Shown: positions 1-13,600 of the stretch, in pieces
How the letters are laid out: every line of letters begins with the position of its first letter
Position numbering within the stretch: position 1 is the first letter of the stretch
Source of the DNA: Intoshia linei
Lineage: Eukaryota > Animalia > Orthonectida
NCBI GenBank assembly: GCA_001642005.1
Contig: LWCA01000220.1
Coordinates: 1 to 38,995, forward strand
DNA length: 38,995 nucleotides
Direction: 5' to 3'
Notes under the pieces: model-generated
What the model was told of the DNA's origin: nothing
The model's input: the letters and a program-made list of their open reading frames with translations, nothing else
The model's database searches: none
Made by a program: the position numbers and the translations under genes

Positions 1-959
1 GAAAATGTAAATATTGATCCTACAATTTCAAAAAAAATGTGCATTGTACGTCTATACATTTCCAATGAAAACATATGGGTGAAAATATATATAATTTATT
101 TCTTAATTTAATTTTTCAGTGTTCTGTGTTATCCGAGTATTTAGTATAATGGGAACGATGAAGAATAAAATAAAATTTTAACTTGTAACAATAATGTATC
201 GTTTTCAGTCCTAGTTGTCACACCTGAATATGAAATTTTATATTTTTGTGGTTTAATATCAAGCAGGGTTCTTAAGTAGTGTTTTTGTTATTATAATCGT
301 ATAGCTATAATTCCTTAGTCTTCTAGAATTACAACATGCCGATATAAACTATAAATATACATTTTAAATTTACATCACTGGATATCTTCTCGGTGAGTTT
401 CTCCTTCTTAATATTTATTTTAGTATCTACATTTTGGTGTATTATTTGATAATTTATTTTAATATTATTAAAAATGTTTATTTTATTAATTAAAACATGA
501 ATTATATAAACAAATTTATCAGATCGTAAAAGGGCGTTTTCGCAGTGCTGATGAATATAATGTAGGCCTAAGTTTTAAGGTAACAAGATTTTCGACCAAC
601 AGTCTGGATAAAAATTTGAATGGAAGCGGAATGAAAACAATTACAAAATTAAACATTGATTCCATTTTAAAATGTCAAAGGCTGAAGAGATTTTACAAAA
701 TTCATTAAATTGAAAAACGTTGACAAATTTAATTGAGAATACAATTATCTTTATCAACTTGTTTGGAAAATATTGGAATCTTTGTAAAATTGTTAAAAAT
801 GGGTTAAAAAGATATGGATGAAAACAAAAATTGTATATATAATGTATGCTAATAATTATATAAATGTATATTATAATTATTATTGTAAAAAAATGCAAAC
901 TTTTTTTTACAGCATCCCGCATTTTGAAATTATTTTGATTAGTTACATTGGATTGTTTC

Positions 960-1190
960 GAGTTATTTTCAAATAATCCCGATTTATGTTTGACAGTTTC
1001 TTTTTTAATTTCCGGTTTGGTTTGAGTCTAAATAAATAATAATATCTTATTGTTGCAGCACAAGATATTATTTGCTATAAATGTAATTGCTTTGTCACAC
1101 AATAATTCATTTTGTAAATCATTGGTCAAGAATATTAACATAAATAATGTAGTTTTTTTTTCATGTAAAATTGTATGTGTAAATTCCTAA
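960..1190 (+). pseudogene. Possible decayed secreted Cys-rich (Ly6/uPAR/quiver-like) gene fragment
   Basis: Hydrophobic LCLTVSFLIS, a ~43-nt GT-AG intron (about 1015-1058), then AQDIICYKCNC. After a frameshift it reads LSHNNSFCKSL..SCKIVC. Stops or frameshifts are present and no clean start is found. The family guess rests only on the CYxC pattern after a signal-like segment. Confidence 0.2.
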
Positions 1191-1971
1191 TTTAAGCAAA
1201 TGTTAGTAAATCTGATGTACGTGTAAAAAATAGTCAATTCTCACTGATAGTTTAATATCCACCGGCATACATTATTTATATGTTGTTATTTTGGTTCTTA
1301 ATTAATTAATAATTTATGATAATTTAAATTTATATTTTTTTCAGATGGGTTAAACTTTTCTTTAATTTGATTAAACTAAATGTCATGTAAAATATAAATA
1401 ATAAGTACACTGTACAGTGTACAGTATTATAATTATTATTTTAAGTATTTTTATCATGTAAATGTTATAACTTAAAATTGACTGCTTCTGAAATCGGTCT
1501 TTTTTGTGGTTTTTTTATATTTTGAATTCTATGTGACGTGGTGTTCTAATATTGTTCGTATTAGTTATATGGAAAAAATTATTGTGGTAATAATAATAAA
1601 ATATAATTATAATAACATTAATATTATCATTACGTATTATTATATTAACAATTTAATGTTAGTTAAAACTATTATCAAGTATGTTTTAAATTATTTTATT
1701 TTCAAATTAATTCCAATTCTTTCTTAGATTGACATTTTTTGTATTATTTAGATTTGTAGTATTCTTTTTAATTTAATTAAAATTTAATAAATATAATACA
1801 ACAATGTATAATTATATCATATAAATAGTATATTTTTATATACTATATATAGTATATTAGTATATTTAGTATAAACCTTTGATGTTTGATGTTTCAATAA
1901 TAAATGTTTCATTTCAGATTTATTTGATATATTTAAATTTTCACTAGCCTAAATATGTTGTATTACGTATA

Positions 1972-2784
1972 CAGTATAACCTCGTTTTGCGACACCTTTT
2001 TTAAAAAGTGCCCAAAAACTGAAAATAATGATAAAATTCTGTTATCTATTAAATTAATTGAACAATGATAATATTTAATCAGATTCAGAAAGTTGATAAT
2101 GATTCGTTGATGAGGTATCAAAAAAATAATGCATTTATTTAAAAATAGACTTTTATAGTACGCTGTATTGAAAAATATATAAATAAAATTGAAAATTTGA
2201 GAAGGCAGAAATATTGAGACAAGACAATGAAATTTTAGTGTATATATAATATCTGATAAAAAGCAAAGCAAAGATGAAATATTATTTAATCTATATTAAA
2301 ATAATCGGTTATCTTTTCTTTTATTTTTTTCTTTTCGAAAACTCTGTTGTTTTTTAAATTCATAGAATTCTTAATACGAAAAAATATTGAAATTTGGTAA
2401 AAAAATCTTGAATTATCTTCAAAAGAAAAATAAAACAAAAAAATAGGTCCGCTTGTGTACGGTATTGTTACATCAAAATTAACATTCATCTATTAATTAC
2501 TCAAAAGTTGTACAATTTCCTTATTTATTTGAAATATTGTTCCTTTACTCGTTGCATACATTACACCCAGTTTTCGTTCAGATTAATTTTTATCTTAAAA
2601 GTTTTTAATTTAGCTATTTCGATTTTGTCATAATTTAATTTTTGTAAAATAATAAAGTGCAAAAATGAGTTGTATTTGACACTAATTTATAGGAAATAGC
2701 TACACTAACTAACAGGATATTGAAAAAGTGCCCCAAAAGGCGGGTTCCCGCTGCCGAGGTTCGCCCCAAACCGGGGTCGGACTG
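1972..2784. mobile_element. Tc1/mariner-superfamily (pogo-like) MITE
   Basis: TA|CAGTATAACCTCGTTTTGCG at the left and CCCCAAACCGGGGTCGGACTG|TA at the right: an imperfect TIR with TA target duplication. The right end is nearly identical to that of the element at 29063-29890. Confidence 0.65.
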
Positions 2785-2859
2785 TATCATCACTATTATT
2801 ATTATGTACATATTTAGAGTTCATCAATATTTTAAATACAGTTTCTTATTTATTTCAAT

Positions 2860-3420
2860 TACAATTTTTTCCGGATGTTAGCAAAATAAATTCCAAACTT
2901 CCAAATTCACATCTTACGGGTCAAAAATCCCAATTGTCCTTTTTTTGTAAATCAAACGAGTTCGAGAATTTTTAAAAATATATACTCTGATACGGATTTT
3001 AAAATGATAAATTTTTTTTTAATAAAAACAGCCCTAGAATTTAAAAAAATTTACAGGTGGTACAGTTGTATCTTGTAAATTTCAATCTGAATAAGTGAAT
3101 CCTTCATGGTCAAGAAAACATTTTAGTATTTATATATATTTTTTCCGAAATATTTTATTAACATGAAACAAAAACTGTGAAATAATTAACGGTCCGAAAA
3201 TTAAAGAAAAAGATAATTTTAGTTGCAATTTTTTGATTTTTCAAAGGTTTTTTTGGACCAAAATCATAAATATGCACACAACTATGCTGTGAATTAGACG
3301 GCGGTCGTTACCCATCAAGGTCAATTTGATATTTTGAATTTGGATAATTTAAAAAAGGTAGAAATGGAATAACCATAATATAAATATATATTCTTCGTTA
3401 CCTTTAAAATTTATGAAATT
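2860..3420 (+). mobile_element. Fragment of Helitron-like dispersed repeat family R1
   Basis: Reverse complement of parts of 10400-10830 and 13560-13800. Contains the recurrent subrepeat (aaaacccagattacccttttt...cctagaattt). A further fragment occupies 1-110. Confidence 0.7.
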
Positions 3421-4079
3421 TTAAATTGTTAGTTTTATAACCTGAAAAAAGTTGTAAATATCACATTTATACTTTAAATATTTATTCTTATCCTCTTGTA
3501 ATGCCTTGGTTCCAGTCTAAATATTATATTCAAATGACTAATTTGAGATTTGATATTCGGATAATTTATTAAAAAAATAAAGAGTATTTTGTATCTAATC
3601 TTTACTAATCTAATCTTTTGACGAAATTGATAAAAGTCTTTTTCAATCAAACAATCCACAATTAAATCTTTCTTTATTTATTATTCTTATTAATCGTATT
3701 ATATTTTTAAAGATATTAGTGGTACATTCGAAAGTTTGTATTGTAAAAACCAGTGTTTTTTAACCTTGTGTGTGTCAGACGAACCCTATATAAAATTTTT
3801 TTACAACGCATTAACAGTATATACATTTTACTAAATACAATATAAACAACCATAAATATGTAGCAGCAAATGAGCCAAAATATTAAAAAAACTTTTATTT
3901 AAATGTGTCAAATTTAAATAAATTAAGCAGTTTATAAAAATGTTTTATGTAATATATAGCTTTTCTCTCGCGGCCCCCATTTAAGAAAAGCAGATGTAAA
4001 CTAATAAAGAAGCATTATTCCTGCACTGACTGTAAATTATAACCAGCCTGTCAATTGTACAATGTACTACACACCGTAA

Positions 4080-5278
4080 GTTATATTTATCTCATAAATA
4101 TGTTAATGTTTTATTCGTGCTTAACGATCCACGGCATTTGTATAGATACAATTTAATAAGATTTGGGCTATGAAATATTTTTATTCATTCTATATATATT
4201 TTATCAATTTATTTCAATACCTGGCTGACATCTACTTGAAATTTAGAAAATAAAACCTTTCTGAGAGAATAAATAATATCCAAGTAATGCACCACAGCCA
4301 AAATATTTAAATTGGTAATTAAAGATAAATTATCCGTTTATTAAAGTAAAAAATATACATGTAACATTAAATTACATTAAGTGTGTTACGTATCATAAAT
4401 ATAAATAACCTACCCAATTGATGAGACATGTGTTGATTTCGTTATTTTTATTAAAAGCAAAATATAAGAAATAAATCCGATAACAATTAAAATAAATCAA
4501 AGAATTTTGCAAGGGTGCATCTAATAAAATTAAATAGTATAATATGATTAATTCAATATTAGTTATATACAGCAGGTATTCTCAACCTTTTTTCGATATG
4601 GACCCGCAAATGATATTGAAAAAACTTGTGGACCCAAAAAAAACTATATATTTTACCGTCCGTTTAGAGTTTCAGTCATTCTTCAGAATGACTAAATCAG
4701 TCATTATAAAGAATTTTCTTTAATTTTTAATTTTTTTTAAAATCCATCATTCAAAATTTACTTTTACCAAACCTTAAGGAAAAAATCCACTTTTACCTCA
4801 AACCCAATGTTATTATTTTAAAAATAAAATCAACTCTAGAATTTCAAATAAACATATATTCTAAAACACGTTTGAAAGTCATTAAGATTTTTGTAAATCT
4901 TAGCCTCACAAACTTACATCTTCATAGTCAAAACCACAATTACCCTTTTTTTAACCATTTAACCCTTTAGTGAGGTGACTAAAACTTGGTGAAATTATAT
5001 AAAAAAATATTTTTTTAATTTTTCAGTAAATACGATTAAGAAAAACTAATTTAAATAAATTTAAACATACCAGATGCAATCTTAACGCATATATCGATTT
5101 CATTATTATCAAACTGGGCAATAAGCCTACATTACAGTGTAAATAATTAAAAATAAAATATATTTCGATACGTTTTCAGTATGTTTACAATCAGATCCGA
5201 AGTTCGGATTCTGAACTTAACATACTTCAAAAACAGCGTCTGGGCCTCTACCCAAACGAATTTTTTGCAAAAGGACAT
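4080..5278 (-). pseudogene. Decayed multi-exon membrane protein gene, possibly GPCR-like
   Basis: Exon-like pieces with GT-AG boundaries: ~5278-5172, 5126-5071 (LIAQFDNNEIDICVKIAS, joined in frame over a 45-nt intron), 4520-4414 (one frame LIVIGFISYILLLIKITKS) and ~4340-4220 (KRIIYL*LPI*IFWLWCITWILFILS). In-frame stops indicate decay. Confidence 0.3.
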
Positions 5279-5398
5279 AATTACTCCAAGTTTAAATTAA
5301 AACAAAATTACACACCAAGAATTAAATATATTTTTATGAAGCAACAAGCTTAATTCAAATTTATTTATTTTACAAAATTTTGATTAATAAACCAATAA

Positions 5399-6000
5399 TC
5401 CTTACGTACATAAAGTAAAATGATTAAAATGTATGTCTGTTTATTTATTTGTTCCAGTTTATTTAAGAAGGTAAAGGGATTCGAGTTTTACAAATTCTAT
5501 ATTCTTAAAACAGTTTTTCCAGAGTGATGTTTTATCGCAAATTTCAATTTCAGAAATTGAGTCCTTCAAGGTTAAAAACTCCAATTGTTGTTTGTTTTTA
5601 AATTTAAACCCGTCCTAGAATTATAAAAAATACACATTGTAATAAAAAGTTTCAAATTCATCAATGTTATGATAATTTTCAATTTCAAAATCTTATATCT
5701 TCATGGCCAAAACCAGAAATTACCCTTTTTTATAAAATTTAAGAAAGTTTTATAATGTTATACAACATAAATTCTGGAATTATTTTTAAATTCATATGCA
5801 TTATCATAAATGGTAACCTTAAAAAAGGTAATTTTCACGGTCAAAAACCCAGATTACCTTTTTTTTTAAAAATGAAAACCACTCTAGAATTTAAAAAAAA
5901 TAAAGATGATATAGTTATATACAGTTAACTCACACAAAAAATTTCAATTTGATTAACTGACGCCTTCATGGTCAAAAAAGCAATTTAATATTCATTTTTT
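5399..6000 (+). mobile_element. 5' part of Helitron-like repeat R1
   Basis: Begins A|TCCTTACGTACATAAAGTAAAATG and is the reverse complement of 20210-20803 over ~600 nt. Confidence 0.7.
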
Positions 6001-6464
6001 TTACTGAGAATAATATAAATATAAGATAAAAAAATAGTAACACCATAAGAAAAGATACACAAGAAAGATATAAAAAAAAACATAAAGAATAGTCCTAATT
6101 AGTTAACCTTTAATTTTTATTCTTTGTTTTGTAGCTAGTTTATTTTTATTTCAACTATTGACATTTTTAACATTTAGCTTTTGTAAAATTTCATTTAAAA
6201 AAACAACCAAAGTGTCTAAGGCAGTGATTCCCAAACTTTTTCCATCATGAACCACTCGTCACAAAAAAAATTTATGTGAACCGCATAATTTTATTAAAAA
6301 TATGTTTAATTCTGAAAACACCACTAATGTAACACGTCTAATTTCAATAAATTATAAAATCGTAAAAGCCTGTGGGATAGATAATATCAATGAATTGGAA
6401 TATCACAAAAGCCAAAAATGCGATAATTTCTTTAATTTAATGATAATTCTTTGTACAATTTACA

Positions 6465-6602
6465 TAAATTCTAAAGAGGGTTTTAAAGAATTTTTTTTGT
6501 ACTAAATTATAAAGAAGGTATTTAGATTAATTTATTACTACCAAATTTTAAAGAGGGTTTTTAGAGAAATTTTTTATTACCAAATTTTAAAGAGAGTATT
6601 TA
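6465..6602. repeat. Degenerate ~36-bp tandem repeat, about 4 copies
   Basis: aaattctaaagagggtttt / aaattataaagaaggtattt / aaattttaaagagggtttt / aaattttaaagagagtattt, evenly spaced. Confidence 0.6.
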
Positions 6603-7161
6603 TGCTTTTGAGATTGTATTTTAAAATATAATATACATTAGTAGGCCCCCGAAGAGGGGATCTCATGTATGGTAGTTTCGGCACTGTATAAGGGTCCATA
6701 GAACGAAAAAGGTTAACAACGTTTAAAGTATATTATAGTCAACCCAGAAGTTGCCCATCAACTTGTAATGTGTCGAACAAACTGTTAACTAAGCAAATGA
6801 AAATTTTGTTTTGGTATTTTTTCGAAAAGTTTCTAGTTTTTGCAGAAACGTGTGATGTATACAGACAAACAAGATAGATTGAATTTTAAATTAATTTATA
6901 ATGTTTAATTTTAATAAACATACCATTTAGATTTAGCATTAGTATCTTTTATAAGGTTTAATTCATTTGTGATTTCAGATAAATTTTTATGAAAAATGTT
7001 CGACATGATTCGATTTAAATGTTTATATAAAGTTTATATTTAACTTGTTAAACAAAACAAATATAGTTAAAATATATTATTTATAAAACTTATTTATGTA
7101 GTGATATATCGCGACCATACTAATCGAGATTCGAATATATACTTTTATATAACTTACTTGT

Positions 7162-7238
7162 GATGTCTAACTGGCAAAGTGGTTAAAGTCATATAATTGT
7201 ATTCTGCGTAGCTAAATTCGAATCGAGATTTAAACATC
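7162..7238 (+). pseudogene. tRNA-like relic (tRNA pseudogene or SINE head)
   Basis: 77 nt with complementary ends (GATGTCTAA / TTAAACATC), a consensus Pol III A box TGGCAAAGTGG (7172-7182), a degenerate B box (attcgaatc) and a following T-run. Anticodon and T stems do not pair well. Confidence 0.35.
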
Positions 7239-7606
7239 TTTTTATTTAAGATAAACTTATCAGAGTTCTTATTAGTTATATAAAAATTTTAGGGTTCCGT
7301 CAAACTTTACTTTTTTTAAATGAAGCAAAAGTTTCGGCTTAAATATTGTAATTATAAATGTAATCTTGACATACTATTTACAGTCCATATCAATACTACT
7401 TGATACGTCATATATGTAATGAACTATAAAAACACGTCCTTATGATTGAAAAGTTTATTTAAAATAATTTTCTGGAAAGGCATTAATATGCGTAATATGA
7501 ATTTACATTAAAAAAACGGATCAAGAACCCATCACCTAGACTCTAGGTCCAAGAAGTATATTAGATTTAATTGAAAATGAAAATAATTAAACAGAAAAAA
7601 TCATTT

Positions 7607-10600
7607 TTAGTAGTCCTTCAATTTACTTTCAAGTAGATCAATTTCATCTTGTATCAAATCTAGAGTATTTTTATTTGAAGAAATGATATCTTTCAGAGAA
7701 TTTTGTAATTTCAATAGTTTTTCTTTATTTTTATTGTCCTTATTAGCAGAATAAAAATTTTTTTCAACAGACAAAATTAAAATGTTAGTCAAAGTGTCTA
7801 AATTTTTATGATCCAAATCAATAGAATAAATTTCTGATAATATTACACCATTTTCATTTAAAAGATTCTGAATAATATCCAAAATAATTTGCTTATTTTT
7901 CAAATCAATCAAATTTGAAAATTCTCCAAAGTTTTCATTATGGATGCATTTTGTATTATTGACGATATCGTCAATGTATTTTGAATAATTTGTTCCAGGC
8001 GACTTCAAAGAGTCGTTATTCATGTTACCAATCTTAATTTTTAATTCGTCATTTTCAATTTTATCTAATAATTGAATTTGACTCTTGTCTTTAACTTTAA
8101 AATTCCATTTTGTTTTGTAAATAAACAATATTCCTATTGCAACTAATATTAATACGTGAATTAAATCTAAAGTAGCCGACACCATTAATAGTGTAACAAT
8201 TGTATCACTATTGATAATTATTTCAACAGTTTTTGCGTCTTTGATCAAAAATATGTACATGACGTCTGTTTGAATAAGATAAACTTTTGCAACTAAATAA
8301 ATTACTAGAAACGCTAATGCAATGATATGGTACATGTAACGGCTGTTTACCAATTTTTCAATCATATTTTCCATGAAACCTTTTGGTTTTTTAATTTTTG
8401 GTTCATTTGCTGTTTTAGGGTAAGTCTTTTTTTTAGCTTTTATTTGAGTAAAATTATTTTTAGTGTCAATTTCTATTCTATCAGTTATCAAAACAAATGT
8501 TAGATATGTCCATTTATCTGTGACGGAAATTGTTGGATCTGTCAACTTTTTTCCAAGTTCCACGTCTATTTTAACATTGTTGGACGCACTTTTTATTATT
8601 ATGTGATTAATGTAGAAAATTAATATTGAGTGAATCAAGTATAAGAACAAAAAACTAATTATGTAAGCACCAAATAAAATTTTTGGGTTTTGGTTTAATT
8701 TATCTACCGTTTCCAGTAAGGTGAAGTTTTTTACTGAATCAGAAACAGTGCTGTAGTCTATTTTTATTTCGTCTGATTTTGGTAAATCGGAATAATATGA
8801 ACTTACAAATGTAAATATTGGAGAAAATACTACTAGAGACATCATACTTATTATTAGCAATGATATACTTTCTATGAATAATACTGTCCGTATTATTATG
8901 GATGTTCTAGAAATTGAAGATATGTGCACGTATAACATGAATAATAATGCAAAGCCGAGATTAATTATATTTAATTGTACTGTAGTGTCTGTCGGGTCAA
9001 TTGTGTTTGAGAGTATTGTAGAGTCTGTACTTTCATTTGTTGTGTTTTTTAGTATAAGTTCTGGAAATATTTCAGATGGAATAATGTTGCTGAATAATGA
9101 ACTTAAAGTTTCTAAATTTAATGAATAAATACTAGTGCTGGCAATCGATAAAAAATTTAAAAAATATACATTAATGTCACATTTTTTGCAAAATTTGCTC
9201 ATTTTATCCATGTTCAGCACTCACGGCATTCACATATAATATAATCAAGTAAAAATTAAAATCCTCAAATTTAAATATTGATAATACAGGAATGATTTTA
9301 ATTATTTCATACGAAAATATTATAAAAAAATTATAAATTTAACTTTATTTGTCTGAATATTTTATTACACCCGTTTATATAGTTTTCATGTTTTTGAAAC
9401 TTATATAATTACTATGAAAGATAAATTTAGATATTAAATTAGAATTAAACTTGATTTTTTAGATTTTTAATTTAAGATAAGATATTATAATTTAGTATAA
9501 TAAACCCTGGTAAAAACCCTCAAAAGTAAGCTAGTGTAAAATTTAAAAAGCGTATATATTTAACTAAATATGTATATCATCATCAAAAAGAAAGAAACCA
9601 TATATACCTACAATTCATAAGAGTATATACAATCAAGTTAACTTTAATTATTCATGCAATAATTTTTTGGTGTCCGTTCACAATATCGTAAATCAAAAGA
9701 TCGTATTTATTTTGTTAGGCTTAAATTAAATAATTCATTAACTAGTTCATTTAATTTAGACTACAGACCCAAGTTAAAACTGAAATATTAAGATACCATA
9801 TTATACCTACAAACCATATTACAAAAAAAATAGATATATTCTATGGTGTTCACACCAGAGACTATTTTTTATTCAATTCTATTTACTATATATAGTTTAG
9901 TTATGAAGTTTATTTTTTTACGATCTTTTTTTTGTATGAGATAATAAAAAAAAATAAAAAATATCAATTTTGTATTAATAATTAACGGAATGAGCACTTT
10001 AGAAACATATTTCAGATGAATTTTACCAATATTAAAAAAAATTTTAATAAATATAAAAAAATAATAACAAAGTTGCATTTTTATTAATTCGTTGTTGTAG
10101 TTTTAATTGAATAATTTAAATTGTTTTGAAAATGATAATTTGAGAATGAAAAATTGCATAGCAATGAAAAAAAATCCGAAGTAATGAATTATATAGATTT
10201 TCACCCACATTTCTTTATTGGAAATGTGTAGACGCTCAATGCACATTTTTTTTGAAATTGTAGATTTACATTTTCATTTTTGATTTTTAATTGATTTATT
10301 TGAAAAATATTGGTTGAATATATTAAAAGTATTTTTCCCCGGGAATGCGTAGATTTCTGGGGTTGAAATTTTGTATTTATATCAACTGGAATAATCTCTA
10401 TTAGAATAATTTTTTTTTTTTAATTTTCGGATCGTTCATTATTTCACATTTTTTTTACAGTTTTGTTAATAAAATATTACCAAAAAAAAATATATGAATA
10501 AATACTAAAATGCTTTTTTGATCGTGAAAACGTCACTTATTCAGATTGAAATTTTTTGTGTGTGTTAACAGGATACAACTGTACAACTTGTAAATTTTTT

Positions 10601-13600
10601 GAAATTCTAGGGCTGTTTTCAATAAAAAAAAAGGGTATTTTGGGGTTTTGCCCCTAAAGATATATTTTTTTATATTTAAATTTATGATTTTAAAATCCGT
10701 ATCTGAGTATACATTTTTTTAAATTTTCGAACTCGTTTTATTTTCAAAAAAAAGGAAATTGGACTTTTTGATCCCTAAGATGTGAGTTTGGGAAGTTGAA
10801 ATTTATTTTGCTAACACCCGGAAAAAACTGTAATTGAAATGTGGACATTATAAAATTCTAAGAGGTAGTTATTGATATAAACGGTAACACACACAGACAA
10901 ACAAATATTGCAAAGCATTTTAAGGATTATATATTATTATCATTTGTTTTGAATGAATTTTTCTCAAAATTAATTAATAGAAAATATTAATTTACAAAAA
11001 ATTATGTTATAATGTTAAAAAAATAAAATAGATAAATATATCGAAACGTTTTTATCGAATGTCAGCCGGCCTAGCACTAATTAATATATTTCATTTAAAT
11101 TATATAAAATTATAACAATAATAAAAATTGAAAATCATAAACCAATATATAAATTTTATATTTAAATTAGTCATAAATATAAATATATTTAGGTTCATAT
11201 TGATTCCCTCAAATGTAATCATTGAAATTCATACAAAAATGTTGGATAACTAAAATATAATTTCATTTTATTTGTAATCAGCGTTTTTTTGTTTTTATGG
11301 TTTTAATTACTTTTATGGACTTACCATGTTTTGTGTGCTATTTTCTTTTTTTAAATTCAGTTCTAGTTTATTTATTTTAATTTTTAATGTTTCAATTCCT
11401 CATAAATACCTCATAAATAACACTAGACAACAAAAATGAACTTTTTGGTTTACTTATGGGGTCTGATTATTTCAATTGAAAGTGTGACGTCTCCGGAGCA
11501 AAACGACATCATTTACGATATTTGGTTGGATCGTTAACGTAGTAATTAACCAATTAATATTTTCATTTTCCATAGAAACAATAAACAAAATTATTTAAAT
11601 CGGCTATTTTTGTGCTTCAATTTATGTGTTTTCTGAAAAAATTAATTATAATTATATTTTAGCTTACTTATTATAATGATCACATACATGTAAAACTAGA
11701 GTTAAATACGGATATTTTCATGTATAGGTTATTGTCAAGTTAGATCGATTAATTACATTAGAGATACATTAGGAGATAAGTTATCTACGACTGTTATTTA
11801 TTAGACCTTGAAAATATATTAGAAATAAGATGTTAATTATTATAAGAATGTAAATTTATTGAACATGTAACCATTGACACCAGAGCTAAATTTACTATGA
11901 CTCGAGACTTTTTATAAATCAAAAATAGGTCCTAGCAATTCCAAAGATTTGGAGTCTACAGTTTATATTTGATATATTAAACAGTTGAATGACATGAAAA
12001 ATATAATATTTTTAACAAATAATAAATAATTTTTTTTATTTAATTTGTTAATTATAATATTTAAAATAAAAACCTGTTGTAAAAGCTTCGGGGAAAATTA
12101 AAAGACATGCAATTATAACATGTATAACATTAGCATGAGGTAACAAATATTTGAGCATAAATTTAATATATTGCTTCATGGTAATTGTAGCTTTTGTCAA
12201 TGTAGCACTAAGATTAGAATCTACATTTTGATTTTCTGATCCAACGTAAACTTTGTTTGAACCATTGTCGTCTGATACTTTTGTTGTAAACTTGTATATT
12301 TGGGATTCAAATAATTGAGTTATAGTGTCAAATAAAATTGTGTTGATTTCTCCATCCAAATTTGGACACCATATTTTTACAAAAAAGGCATTAAGCACAA
12401 AGACTACCAATAGCACGGCAGCCATTATTGTGCTATTATATTTTTTACTATTTATACTTTTTCCTAAGGTTTTATTAGTAATGTATAAGATTTTTAACAA
12501 AACCACAAAAATCGCTGATTGCAGTGCACCAGCCGCATTTGTAGTATGAATGAAAATGGTGCAAATTTTAAATGTTATATTTTTTATATTATTTATGATC
12601 ATATTCTAAGAAACGCCCCTTAAAGTTTGGTTCAAAAAAAATTTCTAAAACCCAAAATTAAACTAAAATATTAATGAAAGTTTTACACATTCTATACGTT
12701 TATATACATTACATATAACTAAAGTCATTTGATTTTAACATTTAACACTTAATTTGTTTAAATTAGCACTTTAATAAAAAATATAAAAAATATATAGAAA
12801 CTATACATTGTATAGTATACAAATAATGACGTTATCAATATAGAAATTTCAGTTTATTTTTTATCAAAGCTTAAAGGGGTAGGTTTCTGAAGATTTTTTT
12901 AAACAAAACTTTTGAAGGGGGAATTTTCATATTATTTTTTTAAGATGAAAATTGAGATTTATTTACTTGAGAAACTTAATATAATCATTAAAATTATAAC
13001 CCTCCCCTTTAAGGTTTGGTAAAAAATATATTCATGACATAATTTTTTAAGAAAATTGAGACTTATTTACTTGCTAGTTATTTACCTAGTATTATCTATT
13101 TTATTTCCATATTATATATTTTTAATATTCAAAACAATTTAAATTTTCTGTGTATTTTTTTATTTTTCTAAAAATAATAATACATAATAATAAATAATGA
13201 TAATAACAAAGTTGTATTACTTTTAGTAATTCGATGTTGTAGTTTTAATTTAAATTTTAAACCAAATGTTTTAAAAATAAGAATATGTAATTATAAAAAT
13301 TGCGTAACAATGAAAAAAATTCCAAAAAAATGAATTATATAGATTTTCACCAAAATTTCTTTATTGGAAATGTGTAGACGCTCAATGCACATTTTTTTTA
13401 AATTGTAGGATCAATATTTACATCTTCAATTTTTATTATAATCGAAATATTTGAAAAGTATTGGTTAATAATATATTAAAAATTAATTTTCACCGGGAAT
13501 GCGTAGATTTCTGGGGTTAAAATTTTGTATGTATATCAACTGGAATAAGCTCTATCAGAAAAATTTATTTTTAATTGTCGGACCTTTTATTATTTCATAT

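Noticed and set aside
641-6505. Short ORFs 641..922, 1506..1727, 1963..2271, 2286..2489, 3474..3659 and 6302..6505
   Set aside because: Ile/Phe/Lys/Asn-biased translations expected from AT-rich DNA; several lie inside MITEs.
12464-12602. First 46 codons of ORF 12048..12602 as coding sequence
   Set aside because: No counterpart in the paralogue; similarity begins at the acceptor at 12464. An alternative in-frame CAG acceptor slightly upstream cannot be excluded.
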